A stretch of DNA of 64,000 nucleotides from positions 197,842,001-197,906,000 of the forward strand of contig NC_042998.1 in NCBI RefSeq assembly GCF_006345805.1. Direction: 5' to 3'. The stretch comes from Octopus sinensis. Taxonomy: Eukaryota. Both the position numbers and the translations under genes were made by a program. Below are positions 11,290 to 22,747 of the stretch, piece after piece. The notes under the pieces were generated by a model that ran no database searches, was not told where the DNA came from, and saw only the letters and a program-made list of their open reading frames with translations. Numbering within the stretch: position 1 is the stretch's first letter; each line of letters opens with the position of its first letter.

Positions 11290-13130
11290 CACCGAGATTT
11301 ACGAAACTATTTAGCTTTTAAGATATCATCAATATTAGCTTTGGAATTGCTACTTCCAACCAAAAGAATTGCTTTCAAATGTACATCAGCCAACCTCGTT
11401 CGATGTGCTGACTTCTCATGCTTCATTTTTGAAAATGTTTGCTCACAGACGTAAGTTGTTCCAAGCACTGATGCCATACCAGAGACAAATTTCTTCAACT
11501 TTGGAAACTCATCATCAGGTAAGCAGCGATAAAACTCTACAAGCCTTCCTTCTCTGTGCTTCTCTTTAAACAAGTCATTTGCTTACAAATCATTGAGCAC
11601 CAACTGTAGTCCGACTGGCACCGCATCAAGCTTACGATCAAACAGATTCTAGCTAGGACAGAAGACTGTCACTTTCTGTTGAGATCTGAAAATCTCTCCA
11701 AAAAATGCTTATTTATGTCGGGAAACTCGAGGTAGCCATCTTCTGCAATTCCAGCACGAATGTCTTTGAAACACTGAAAATGAGGGAAGTTTCCTCCTTC
11801 CAGTTGTGCTTCAAACAATGATAGTTTTCTCCGAAATCCTTTGATGATTCTGTAGAGATCACAGATAAGGTTATCTTTTCCCTGAAGTTTCAAGTCCAAT
11901 TCATTCTTGTGGGATGTGATGTCAACCAAAAACGACAACTTTGACAGCCGGGCAGGGTTTGACAGAAATGGACCAGCTCTATCCTTTTCGGTGAGAAAAA
12001 TATCTATTTCTCTTCGGAGCTTACAAAAAAAAAAAAAAAAAAACAGAAACAGGACTTTACCGCAGCTCAGCCATCTCACTGCTGTGTGATAAGGCAAGTC
12101 ACAGAATTCAATATCAATTTCTTCAAGAAAAGCCTGGAACTGGCAATCATTAAGTGCATGGCTTTAAATGAAGTTCACCACAGAAACGATTGGTTTCAGT
12201 ATGCAAGAAATGTCTAAGTCTTTCCCACAGAGTGCTTGCTTATGTATAATGCAGTGTATAAACAGAGCTCCTGGGAATTGAAGATCTTCCAACTTAGTCC
12301 TGATCTGTCCCATCAGGCCCTTCCTCACTCCAGCCATGTTTTTTTTTCCTCCATCAACTGTAACACGTCGAAGCTGATTCCACTGAAGGTTATATATTTC
12401 TTTACTACCCACAAGGGCTAAATATAGAGGGGACAAACAAAGACAGACAAAGGGATTTAAGTCGATTACATCGACCCCAGTGCGTGACTGGTACTTTATT
12501 TATTGACCTCGAAAGGATGAAAGGCAAAGTCGACCTCGGCGGAATTTGAACTCAGAACGTAGCAGCAGATGAAATACCACAAAGCAATTCGCTCGGCATG
12601 CTAACGTTTCTGCCAGCTCACCGCCTTAATATTCCACTGAAGGTTATAAGCCTTGGATAGTTTTGTGCACTTCCATGAAAATGTCTTCTCCAGTTGTTCC
12701 GTGCATGCTGCAAATGGATGTCAACTCTTCTGTAATTCGAAAGCCCAAATTAACACCACGAAGGAACACGAATGAGTTGTGACGTACTCGAGAGATCAGT
12801 AGACTTATCCAGAATATCACAAGAAGTTCCTAGCTTTCTTGCATGTCTGCAGCACTAGGTTCTCTCCAAGTTCTTCTGTTCTCCGCACAACTGAACTTGC
12901 CGAAAGGCTGAATGCTCCAAACAAATCGACTTTCTCAGGACCAGGACACAAATCCTTTGCTCCTTCCATCGTACACTCTTCGGTGAAGTTGCCGTGAGTA
13001 AACGATTTTCCTCGCTCTGCTCTCTTAGGCACTACATTGTAACTTGTACGGGTGACAGATTCATTTTCAACAAGCATTCTCCAAGAGAAATGCTTAAACA
13101 GCGTAATGCAAGTTCAAAGACGAACGCTGC
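11290..13130 (-). pseudogene. hAT transposase fossil (SPIN/GTF2IRD2-like, Buster-type)
   Basis: Fragments VTVDGGKKNMAG, IHCIIHKQAL (CxxH), AVRWLSCGKVL, FLVDITSH.NEL.LKLQGK, GTTYVCEQTFSKMK in order; frameshifts; SINE B insertion. Confidence 0.85.
12395..12630 (-). mobile_element. SINE family B with 18-bp TSD inside the hAT fossil
   Basis: ATTCCACTGAAGGTTATA at 12377-12394 and 12631-12648. Confidence 0.95.
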
Positions 13131-13289
13131 AGGAATTAACTCCCAATGCAGAGGAGGAGGAGGAGATTGCAGTGGTCGTGTTGGCGTTGGCGTTGGTGTT
13201 GGAAGATGTGGGGAAGTAGGTAGTGATGGTGACATCGGTGGTGGTGGCAATAATTATAAGATGGCGATAATGGATGGAGCTGGGGACTC

Positions 13290-13392
13290 TAGGGAGTGGT
13301 GGCGATGATGGTGATGATTATATTGATGTTGTAGTGGTGGTGATGAGGTGGAGGTAGAGATGAAAGAAAGGATGATGATGATGAGGAGGAGG

Positions 13393-13427
<35 letters not shown>

Positions 13428-13443
13428 TATCATCATTACCATC

Positions 13444-13475
<32 letters not shown>

Positions 13476-13583
13476 CATTATTATCATTATCATCATCATC
13501 ATCATCATCCCAACCATCATCATCATCATCATCCTCATCATCATCATCATCCTCATCATCATCATCATCATTATCATCATTAC

Positions 13584-13616
<33 letters not shown>

Positions 13617-13700
13617 TGTAATTGTGGTGGGTGGAGGTCTCTATGGTATTGTGAAGATGACGACGATGACGACGACGACAACATCGACTAAACGATAATG
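13290..13700. repeat. Compound (GAT)n/(ATC)n trinucleotide microsatellite
   Basis: Long ATC run 13393-13615 with flanking GAT/GGT tracts. Confidence 0.95.
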
Positions 13701-13983
13701 ATGATAATGATGTTAAGGTGGGTTTTTGGTGGTTGGTGGTTGGTGGTTGGTGGGTGGTGGGTGGGTGGAGGGTGAGTGAGAGATGCGGTATTGGTGATGA
13801 GGATGGCGGCCATGGAGATATATCAAGGATGAAGATATGATGATAATACCGGTGATGCTGAGGGTGTTTGGGATTCAAAAGTACGACTCATTCGCCATTA
13901 GTGACAAATTTGAAAACACCAAAACCAGAATATATTTACAGATACATTCATACATACATATACTCTTTACTTTCTTTTTTTTA

Positions 13984-14174
13984 CTCTTTTACTTGTTTCA
14001 GTCATTTGACTGCGGCCATGCTGGAGCACCGCCTTTAATCGAGCAACTCGACCCCGGGACTTATTCTATCGGTCTCTTTTTGCCGAACCGCTAAGTGACG
14101 GGGACGTAAACACACCAGCATCGGTTGTCAAGCAATGCTAGAGGAACAAACACAGACACACAAACACACTCACA

Positions 14175-14239
<65 letters not shown>

Positions 14240-14410
14240 CATATATACGACGGGCTTCTTTCAGTTTCCGTCTACCAAATCCACTCACAAGGCTTTGGTC
14301 GGCCCGAGGCTATAGTAGAAGACACTTGCCCAAGATGCCACGCAGTGGGACTGAACCCGGAACCATGTGGTTGGTAAACAAGCTACTTACCACACAGCCA
14401 CTCCTGCGCC
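13984..14410 (-). mobile_element. SINE family C, complete
   Basis: Head, internal (TA)n and tail. Confidence 0.9.
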
Positions 14411-14851
14411 TATATATACACAGAAGTATATGCAAGCATATAACTGTTACATATATGCTTACGAATGCGTTGACTACAGGCTTTCTCAACCTACATTTAC
14501 TGTACCTATCAATCTATGCATTTATCTAACCATTTACCAGAATATTTCTCTATACAACTATTTATTAATCCAGCTAATTGCCCAATCATCTGTCATCTGA
14601 CTCTTAATCCACCTGTCACTTTATCATTTAGCCCGTCTGTTCGTCTTTCTATCAATCGGACCATTAATTTATTTATATTTATACCTATCAGACAAGCTGT
14701 CTATGCAAATACCTAACTATTTATCTATCTGCGAAACTACCTATCCATCAGTCTATCCGTCCACCTACCGGCCAGCCTATCAAACTGCCTAGTAATCCCT
14801 CCAGCTGCTGAGCTCCCTATCCATCTTATAGTGGATGTGTGTAGAGGAAGA

Positions 14852-15236
14852 GGAAGCACTCCGTCGGTTACGACGACGAGGGTTCCGGTTGAACCGAATC
14901 AACGGAACAGCCTGCTCGTGAAATTAACGTGTAAGTGGCTGAGCACTCCACAGACACGTGCACCCTTAACGTAGTTCTCGGGGATATTCAGCGTGACACA
15001 GAGAGTGACAAGGCCGGCCCTTTGAAATACAGGTACAACAGAAACAGGAAGTAAAAGTGAGAGAAAGTTGTGGTGAAAGAGTACAGCAGGAATCACCACC
15101 ATCCCCTGCCGGAGCCTCGTGGAGCTTTTAGGTGTTTTCGCTCAATAAACACTCACAACGCCCGGTCTGGGAATCGAAACCGCGATCCTATGACCGCGAG
15201 TACGCTGCCCTAACCACTGGGCCATTGCGCCTCCAC
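14852..15236 (-). mobile_element. SINE family A
   Basis: Full-length match to the family consensus seen in this window. Confidence 0.9.
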
Positions 15237-16064
15237 GGTGGATTGTGTGTGTGTGTGTGTGCGTAAATAAATACATAAACTGTTTCATGATTAAAAAGGG
15301 ATTTATTTACATGGGTTATAAGTTCACTACATAAAAATGTAAGCAAATGCTACGCATTGCTTGTACAGAACACATATTAAAGATGAATATGTTTGTGTGT
15401 GTGTGTGTGTGGGTATGTGCGTGAATCATTCAGAACAGTAACCTGTAGGCATTTCTCTAGTCGTCTCCAAAACGCGGGGTGTCTGCTGCTGTGTCAGCTC
15501 CGATTGTGTCTTTCTCTGTTTTTCCCTTTGTATTTATAATATCTCAAACAGCTAGAAAGATAGGCATACTGCAACAGAGTTACTACTTAAGAGAAGGAAG
15601 TGCTAACTCTTACAATCTCTCTGTAGTCTCTCTTTCTTTGCCTATCTGTTCATCCTTATTATATCTAGGGTCACATTCTGCAGGAAAATAATGCTGAGTT
15701 TATTTCACAATACAGCTTTTCAGGGGAAAAACAGGTTTGTGCATTGACCGTGTCCTTGAGATATCTAGGAAGCATTGATACGATTCGTTAAAGATTTTTG
15801 GTGTGGTTTTCAGCAACTATCTATCTTCTAGGGATTTCTGATATTTCTTATTTGTGTCCTCAATTAGCACAACACTTGTTTCGTGTTCTTTAATATTATT
15901 ATTTATTTTTTGCCAGTGGATCATGAAGGCTAAGGTTTCCTCTTTGGGTTGCCGTGAAATTTAAGTAATTCGGGGTGGCACTTTGTAAAGGATTTCCAGT
16001 TCTTAGACAAACTATCTTTGCTGCCTCGTACGATGGAGATGAATGTCTCAATATTCCTAAACTA

Positions 16065-16191
16065 CGGGGTGTCCACAAAGTCTGGGTACATGGGGATTAA
16101 CACATATTTTAAGAAATTATTATTTCTTATATTTAATTCTTTATGTTATGATTTTATTTACTCCATGTACCCAGACTTTGTGGACATCCTG
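16065..16191. mobile_element. Tc1/mariner-type MITE
   Basis: TIRs CGGGGTGTCCACAAAGTCTGGGTACATGG / CCATGTACCCAGACTTTGTGGACATCCTG with TA on both sides. Confidence 0.85.
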
Positions 16192-16204
16192 TATTTATCA
16201 GTAA

Positions 16205-16459
16205 GTGGAGGCGCGTGGCTTAGTGGTTAGGGTGTTGAACATCTGATCGTAAGGTTGCGGTTTCGATTCCTGGACCGGGTGATGCGTTGTGTTCTTTAGC
16301 AAAACATTTCATTTCACGTTGCTCCAGTCCACTCAGTTGGCAAAAATTAGTAATCCTGCGACGGACCGGCGTCCCGTCCTGGGGGTGGGGAATTTCTACG
16401 CCACTGAAACCGGGAAACCGGGACCTTATGAGCCTGGCATGGCTCCAGAAAGAACATTT
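16205..16459 (+). mobile_element. SINE family E with 13-bp TSD
   Basis: TATTTATCAGTAA at 16192-16204 and 16460-16472; A box TGGCTTAGTGG, B box GGTTTCGATTCC. Confidence 0.9.
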
Positions 16460-16555
16460 TATTTATCAGTAAAAAGAACACAAACAATTCTTGTATCAAC
16501 TAAACTATAAATATCTTCTAGACCGAGTTCTGTGAAATATATCGTTTATTAGAAA

Positions 16556-16951
16556 CTAGCAGTATCGCCCGGCGTTGCTCGGGTTTGTAAGGGAAATAAC
16601 TATATAAGCATTTTTAGAGATGTAAAGTATAATAGCCATCTCAATATGGCTAACCACAAGGGGGGGGGGTTACTGTTGCTTTTTACGTTCTGAGATTTAA
16701 TAATAAATTTTTAGAGAGTTACTTCCCTTATATATGCCAAAAATGCATTAAAAATGGGAAAATTTCGTGGTAAATTTATTTTTAAATCGTAGACTCATCG
16801 TAGACGCGCGCTAATACCCAGAAGGGCTCGATATGAATCACGACTGTAAGATACCCGGTTTTGGTTAAACTGCACCGCAAAATGTGGGAGTAGTTAGGAA
16901 TCTAAATCGTAGGAGACAAACAGCACACAACCTCACTTTTATATATAAAGA
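16556..16951 (-). mobile_element. Non-autonomous Helitron F
   Basis: A|TC...hairpin...CTAG|T termini. Confidence 0.9.
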
Positions 16952-17996
16952 TAACAGCAGCAGCCTCTTTACTTCTTCTTGGAGAGATTTCTCAAACAAA
17001 GACGCACTATCCATTGTGACATACTGCTTACAAGTTTTTCTTAAGCTCATGGTAGCGTGAGCTTAACGTTGCTGCCGGGATCGGTGTTTTTATTATTGTA
17101 ATATAAACTTTGGCTTCTGATAATTTTTTTTTCTTGTTCCCAAATTGCAATTTATTGTGTTTATGTCTGTTTCATTAACATTCCTCTGTTTTATTTTTTA
17201 ATTTTTAATCTGTGCTTACATTGGGTGGGGGGGGGTTGTATTCTCTTCTATTATGCTTGTGACAAGAACTTCCTTCTGACCGGAGAGATGGCCATATTAA
17301 ACCCCTAATAGACAAATCAGAACGGACGTTTACAAAAATATACGTACACAATAAACTGTCTAAGGACGAGTTGCTCTTCTCCTCCAGGCCTAATGGGATG
17401 GACGTTAAAATATTCGGAAAGTCTTTTCCATCAATTAAACGCGGTAAAATCTAATTTTGTGAGAGGGGGGTGCTTTTAAGGCGCCCGTTCATGGCAACCA
17501 GCATGCAACAACAACAACAAAAGAAGAAAAATAATGGAAGACAAAAGAAAGAAAATGCTGTTGTGATGATAGATGTTCTGTGTAGCACAAGACTCTTTAA
17601 GAATACAATATTTAACGCTGTATACTATACCATTCCGTCGAACAAGAATACTTCCTGCAGTAGTGTTATGAAATAGGATAAGACGAAAGGTAATAATTCA
17701 ATTAATGCTACAGCGAAATTGTCACAAGAAATTAAATTTGATTTTTCAACCACTAAAAGCTGAAGATAAGATAGAAGACATATAAATAGCTGCAAATATT
17801 ATGAGTGAATGAAGGAAAGTTTCTACAGAACCAATACTTTCTCTTGATGGAATGTCTTAGAGACATCTTTAAAGGGTATGGTTTATATTACCTAGTTAGA
17901 TTATGTTGAACAGCAAAAATGTTAGGCGTTGAGGAACAGCTCAGCGGCTATAAGCGCATCAAGATAAATGTATTTTCGTGTGTGTATATAGGAATA

Positions 17997-19644
17997 TATA
18001 TAATGTATAAATTATATATATCTTATATATATATATATATATATATATTTCGTGTGTGTACGTGAGAAGGAATACGGTAGTGGGTGATCAAACGAAAGTA
18101 GTGCTCAGCATATTCACTTGAAATAGTATTTAATAACAGATTGATTCACCTCCATATTATTTAACGTTTTATGGAGCAGGATACGGAGAGAAAATTTATA
18201 AGAAATTTCAAAGTTCATCCTAAGTGCAAATATTTTCGTTTCCATTGACCTCTTCAGGTCACGTGTGTGTGTTAGTGTGTATATACATATATACATGTAT
18301 GCATCTGCTATCATTGTCATTACTTTATTTTTATTTTTATTTTTATACTTTCTAAACTTTCCAGTAGCCACTACACACATTTTGTTTCTCTCCTTGTTTT
18401 TTTCTGTGTCCCTTTCTGTAGAAGAGCATAGGCTCGAAACGTAAAAGACTTTTTTCTATTCCTGAGCGTTACACTAATACATCTGTTTGTTTTGTACACC
18501 ACCTGTCTTCGTCTTTTGTTTTGTATTTTTTTTCTTTCGTAAACTCTCCATATATATAAGTATACATAGACACATATTTTATATACATTATCTTATTTGC
18601 AACAAACTACTTAGGAAGATAGTGGAGGCGCAATGGCCCAGTGGTTAGGGCAGCGGACTCGCGGTCATAGGATCGCGATTTCGATTCCCAGACTAGGCGT
18701 TGTGAGTGTTTATTGAGCGAAAATACCTAAAGCTCCACGAAGCTCCGGCAGGGAATGGTGGTAATCCCTGCTGAACTCTTTCACCACAACTTTCTCTCAC
18801 GCTTTCTTCCTGTTTCTGTTGTATCTGTATTTCAAGGGGCCGGCCTTGTCATTCTCTGTGTCACGCTGAATATCCCCGAGAACTACATTAAGGGTACACG
18901 TGTCTGTGGAGTGCTCAGCCACTTACACGTTAATTTCACGAGCAGGCTGTTCCTTTGATTCGGATCAACCGGAACCCTCGTCGTCGTAACCGACGGAGTG
19001 CTTCCATATATAATGTATAAATTATATATATATATATATTTCGTGTGTGTACGTGAAATATATATATATATATATATTTCGTGTGTGTACGTGAGTGGGT
19101 ATACAGGAGTGGGTGATCAAACGAAAGTAGTGCTCAGCATATTCACTTGAAATAGTATTTAATAACAGATTGATTCGCCTCCACATTATTTAACGTTTTC
19201 TGGAGCAGGGCACGGAGAGAAAATTTATAAGAAATTCAAAGTTCATCCTAAGTGCAAATATATTCGTTTCCATTGACCTCTTCAGGTCACGTGTGTGTGT
19301 TAGTGTGTATATACATATATACATGTATGCATCTGCTATCATTGTAATTACTTTATTTTTATATTTATTTTTATACTTTCTAAACTTTCCTGTAGCCACT
19401 ACACACATTTTGTTTCTCTCCTTGTTTTTTCTGTGTCCCTTTCTGCAGAAGAGCGTAGGCTCGAAATGTAAAAGACTTTTTTCTATTCCTGAGCGTTATA
19501 CTAATACATCTGTTTGTTTTGTACACCACCTGCCTTCGTCTTTTGTTTTGTTTTTTCTTTCGTAAACTCTCCACATATATAAGTATACATAGACACATAT
19601 TTTATATACGTTATCTTATTTGCAACAAACTACTTAGGAAGATA
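17997..19644. repeat. Local direct duplication (17997-18621 and 19007-19644) flanking a SINE A
   Basis: Both copies run from TATATAATGTATAAATT to CAAACTACTTAGGAAGATA with scattered substitutions. Confidence 0.9.
18622..19006 (+). mobile_element. SINE family A
   Basis: Full-length copy at the junction of the duplication. Confidence 0.9.
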
Positions 19645-19914
19645 CCTAACGTAGCCTAGATCAAACCTTTCCCACAGTGTGTGCGTTATATAATTTCACA
19701 AGGTATTTATCTGGTAGTGTATGCGTTGCGTGGATTACGTTGTTTTACTTTATTAGTTTGTTATTGTATAGGGCGTGTGTTGTGCATGATGATTGTCTTG
19801 TTTGAACTGTGCTGTTTATACGTTACTTTCTTTTGCAGGATGCCGGATATTCCTAGCAGAACCATCTTTTGCACAGTGTGTAGTGTTATTTGGTCATATT
19901 TTTTTTATCATTTG

Positions 19915-20130
19915 AAATGTTCTAGTAATTATTGGTGCTGTTTTCCCCTTCATGCCCAACATCTTCAATATTTCGATTTCAAGATCCTTGTACTTCTGTA
20001 GTTCTTCCAGTTATTTTCAATTCGACGCTGACCCACGTCTTTCACATATGTCTACCATATCGATGATGAAGCATTTCTTTGCTTCTCTCTCTATCCAGTT
20101 CATGAACTATTCTTTTGTGATCTTTCCCAA
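19915..20130 (-). pseudogene. Restriction-like endonuclease domain relic of an R2/R4-type non-LTR retrotransposon
   Basis: Minus translation ...EAKKCFIIDM...LEELQKYKDLEIEILKMLGMKGKTAPII matches the PD-(D/E)xK RLE C-terminal pattern (KYKDLEIEI..MW.MK.K..P.IIG); contains stops. Confidence 0.65.
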
Positions 20131-20532
20131 GACCAATGTCAGCCAAATAGCTACAGATCCCAAAACATGGTCATCTCAACCGGAAGCACCATACACTAAT
20201 ATCGTGGTTCTTCACACAATTCCCTGAGTCCTTCAAATTTTAGGCTCTTCTTCTCATCTACCCATTCCATATTATCTTTCCGTGGTAATATCGATTCAAC
20301 AAACCAAACTTTTGTTCTCAACTCGGGTCACGTCATAAGGCCAATGCGTAACTTGAATATTTTGAAGCAGCTGCTATCTATATCTAATGTTATCGTCGGT
20401 GGTAGTGTTATTAAGTTCAAGCCATGATCCTGTTAGCGAAATTCCATATGGTATAAAGTATATTTTTAAAAATCCAATCTGAATAACGCTATTTTAGTAA
20501 ATAAAAGTTGTTTCTCTTATTTATAATTGAAG

Positions 20533-20637
20533 AAATAAACCAGTTACTGGTTTCGGCTGGAGGCGTTGGAATAGATGTACAAGGAAGCATTCAAAAGTTA
20601 ATTTTAAATCGTCTTCTCCTCCTGCACGTCTGATATT
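20533..20637 (-). ncRNA. Decayed hammerhead-like motif
   Basis: Minus: AAUA-U-CAGACG-UGCAGGAGG...CCUCCAGCC-GAAA-CCAG UAA CUGG-UU-UAUU; stems intact but CUGANGA box mutated. Confidence 0.4.
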
Positions 20638-21757
20638 GACGGCTCCATTATATATGTAGGAATTTTTCTTTTGGTTTAATTTAAGTTCTTTTGTGAGTGT
20701 TCAAAACGACAAGACATTTTGAGTTAAGAGAGTTCCTGGTGTTTGTAAATATGCGGTTGGTGTGTTGGTTGAACTGTCGATGCATAAACCCAAGTGTGTG
20801 CATCTATTCATATAAGAATCTCAGATGGAGAATTTTTGTAATGTCTTATAAAACTTCACTGTGCCGCTAATAGATTGGGTTTGGAGAATCCGCGTCAGTT
20901 TATTTTGCTCTTTTTCCGTGAAACCGTGAAAATGTATGTATGTATGTATGTATGTATGTATGTATGTGCAGATTTGTATGTTTTATGTACGTATTCTCAT
21001 GCATATAGTTACATATCTAGACATGCTCATATATATTTAAATGATAAACTTCTGGAAAGTGATGGATTGGATCTGTAGTCTTCGAATTAGCTTTCTCCTT
21101 TCTGGTTTTGAGAAACCTCATTTCTCAAGATTGGTATTTAGGCGGTGTGCTCCATATCCCACATGTATGTATGCATGCATGTATGTATGAATGAATGAAT
21201 ACGGAATTCCTGGACTGCACACGCTCTGAGTGTACTGTTCAACGGAAATATGTACACAACCGACACTCATTGGCATCCTCCTTACTGTCTCAGCTTATAA
21301 ATAAATTTGATGCCATCTACTTCTTTCCAGTTATTACGTGTGGTTTTGTAGCGTTTTGTTAGCAATGTTTTTGACGGATATCAAATTTGATAATGACACC
21401 GCATTAAATTTTGCATAAGGTTCGTAAAATTTACTACTGTGACCATCAAAATGTTTCAAGAACCTTTTAGCAAACATTTTGGTTGAATACAGTTTTTTTT
21501 GAGTTGCACTTAAATTAATATCACAGAAATTCGAGTTTTCCAAACATCCTGAACCAATCGAATGTCGACAAGACTTTGAAGTTATAACTGGATCAATTGA
21601 TCACACCAATACAATCAATGAAATAGTTACATACTATATATCTGTTCAATCCAAATCAAGCGACAAAAAACAATTTTATACGACTCTATGCAATAATTTA
21701 CTTCGCTATACTATACTGTTCATACATGCACAGAACCACATACCTCTATACATATAC

Positions 21758-22747
21758 ATGATTTCTTCCCTGGAGACATCCAAACCGAAGGGAACAAAAT
21801 CGAAGCGGCCAAAGAAGGCGAAGGAACCGGCGGTCGTTCCTGCACATGATCGTTCCTGTGCGGATTCTTCCTCATCTGCCTTTTCGGTCCCGGAGGTTCC
21901 CCAACCTAGTTCGAGGAGCGTAGACTCAAACCCACCTGAAGACCGTTGTTCTCCCCAAAAGAAGAAACGTAGTCAAAACTCCAGAGGGGCAGATTTGGCT
22001 ATGAAACCTGATCACGATAAAATCTGTTTGGATTCTCCTTCACTTGTCCTTCCCATTAATGCCATTGGTCAACCAATTCTGAACGATCTCGATGTGGGTT
22101 CATCTGGGGAGTGGTGCTCCCCCAAACCGAAGAAGAGGCAGTGCAGTTCCAAACCAGGCGGGAAAATTATGACCACTAAATCCATTCCGATCGACCCAAC
22201 AGGCCGACATAAGTCCGATGGCTATGAAACCACCCTTTCGAAATCCTCCAATGAAGAATCGAATACCACAGCTCATAGTAGAGAACTTTTTGCCCACTCA
22301 AGATCGGCAATAATATATGGCAATGCTGAATCCACCTGTGATACAGGCATAAACCGCCTAAAAGATGACATAAATTTTGTTTCCGTTTTGGTTGGAAAAT
22401 TGTTCTCTGTGAACGAAAATGTCAGTGTTCTTAAGGTCGCTCGGCTAGGAAGATTCCAAGCGAACCCAACCACAGATACTAGACCACGCCCAATAAGGGT
22501 AATCTTTTCTTCTGATCGGGAGGCTTCAGTCTTTCTGAACAGAGCTCAGACGCATGCCTGGGAGGACCCCAATATGGGTTTTCGCGAGGAATACTCACTA
22601 AGAGAGAGAATTCGCCGGAGGAACCTGATATCCGAGCTAAAGATGTGGAAACAAATGGGAGAGAAGGGTTTACGAATCCAAGATGAACAGATAATCAAGC
22701 CCTACCTCTGGTCCCATGCTGTAGTGCTGACAGGGAAAGTGATGTGA
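21758..22747 (+). CDS. LINE ORF1 protein (intact, 329 aa)
   Basis: C-terminal RLGRF...RPRPIRVIF...FREEYSLRERIRRRNLISELK...GEKGLRI pattern of CR1/L2 ORF1; overlaps the ORF2 start. Confidence 0.75.
   Translation: MISSLETSKPKGTKSKRPKKAKEPAVVPAHDRSCADSSSSAFSVPEVPQPSSRSVDSNPPEDRCSPQKKKRSQNSRGADLAMKPDHDKICLDSPSLVLPINAIGQPILNDLDVGSSGEWCSPKPKKRQCSSKPGGKIMTTKSIPIDPTGRHKSDGYETTLSKSSNEESNTTAHSRELFAHSRSAIIYGNAESTCDTGINRLKDDINFVSVLVGKLFSVNENVSVLKVARLGRFQANPTTDTRPRPIRVIFSSDREASVFLNRAQTHAWEDPNMGFREEYSLRERIRRRNLISELKMWKQMGEKGLRIQDEQIIKPYLWSHAVVLTGKVM

Noticed and set aside
13254-13878. Poly-M/I/D ORFs
   Set aside because: Translations of the (ATC)n microsatellite
17488-17500. RFX-like half site CATGGCAAC
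   Set aside because: Single short motif without supporting context
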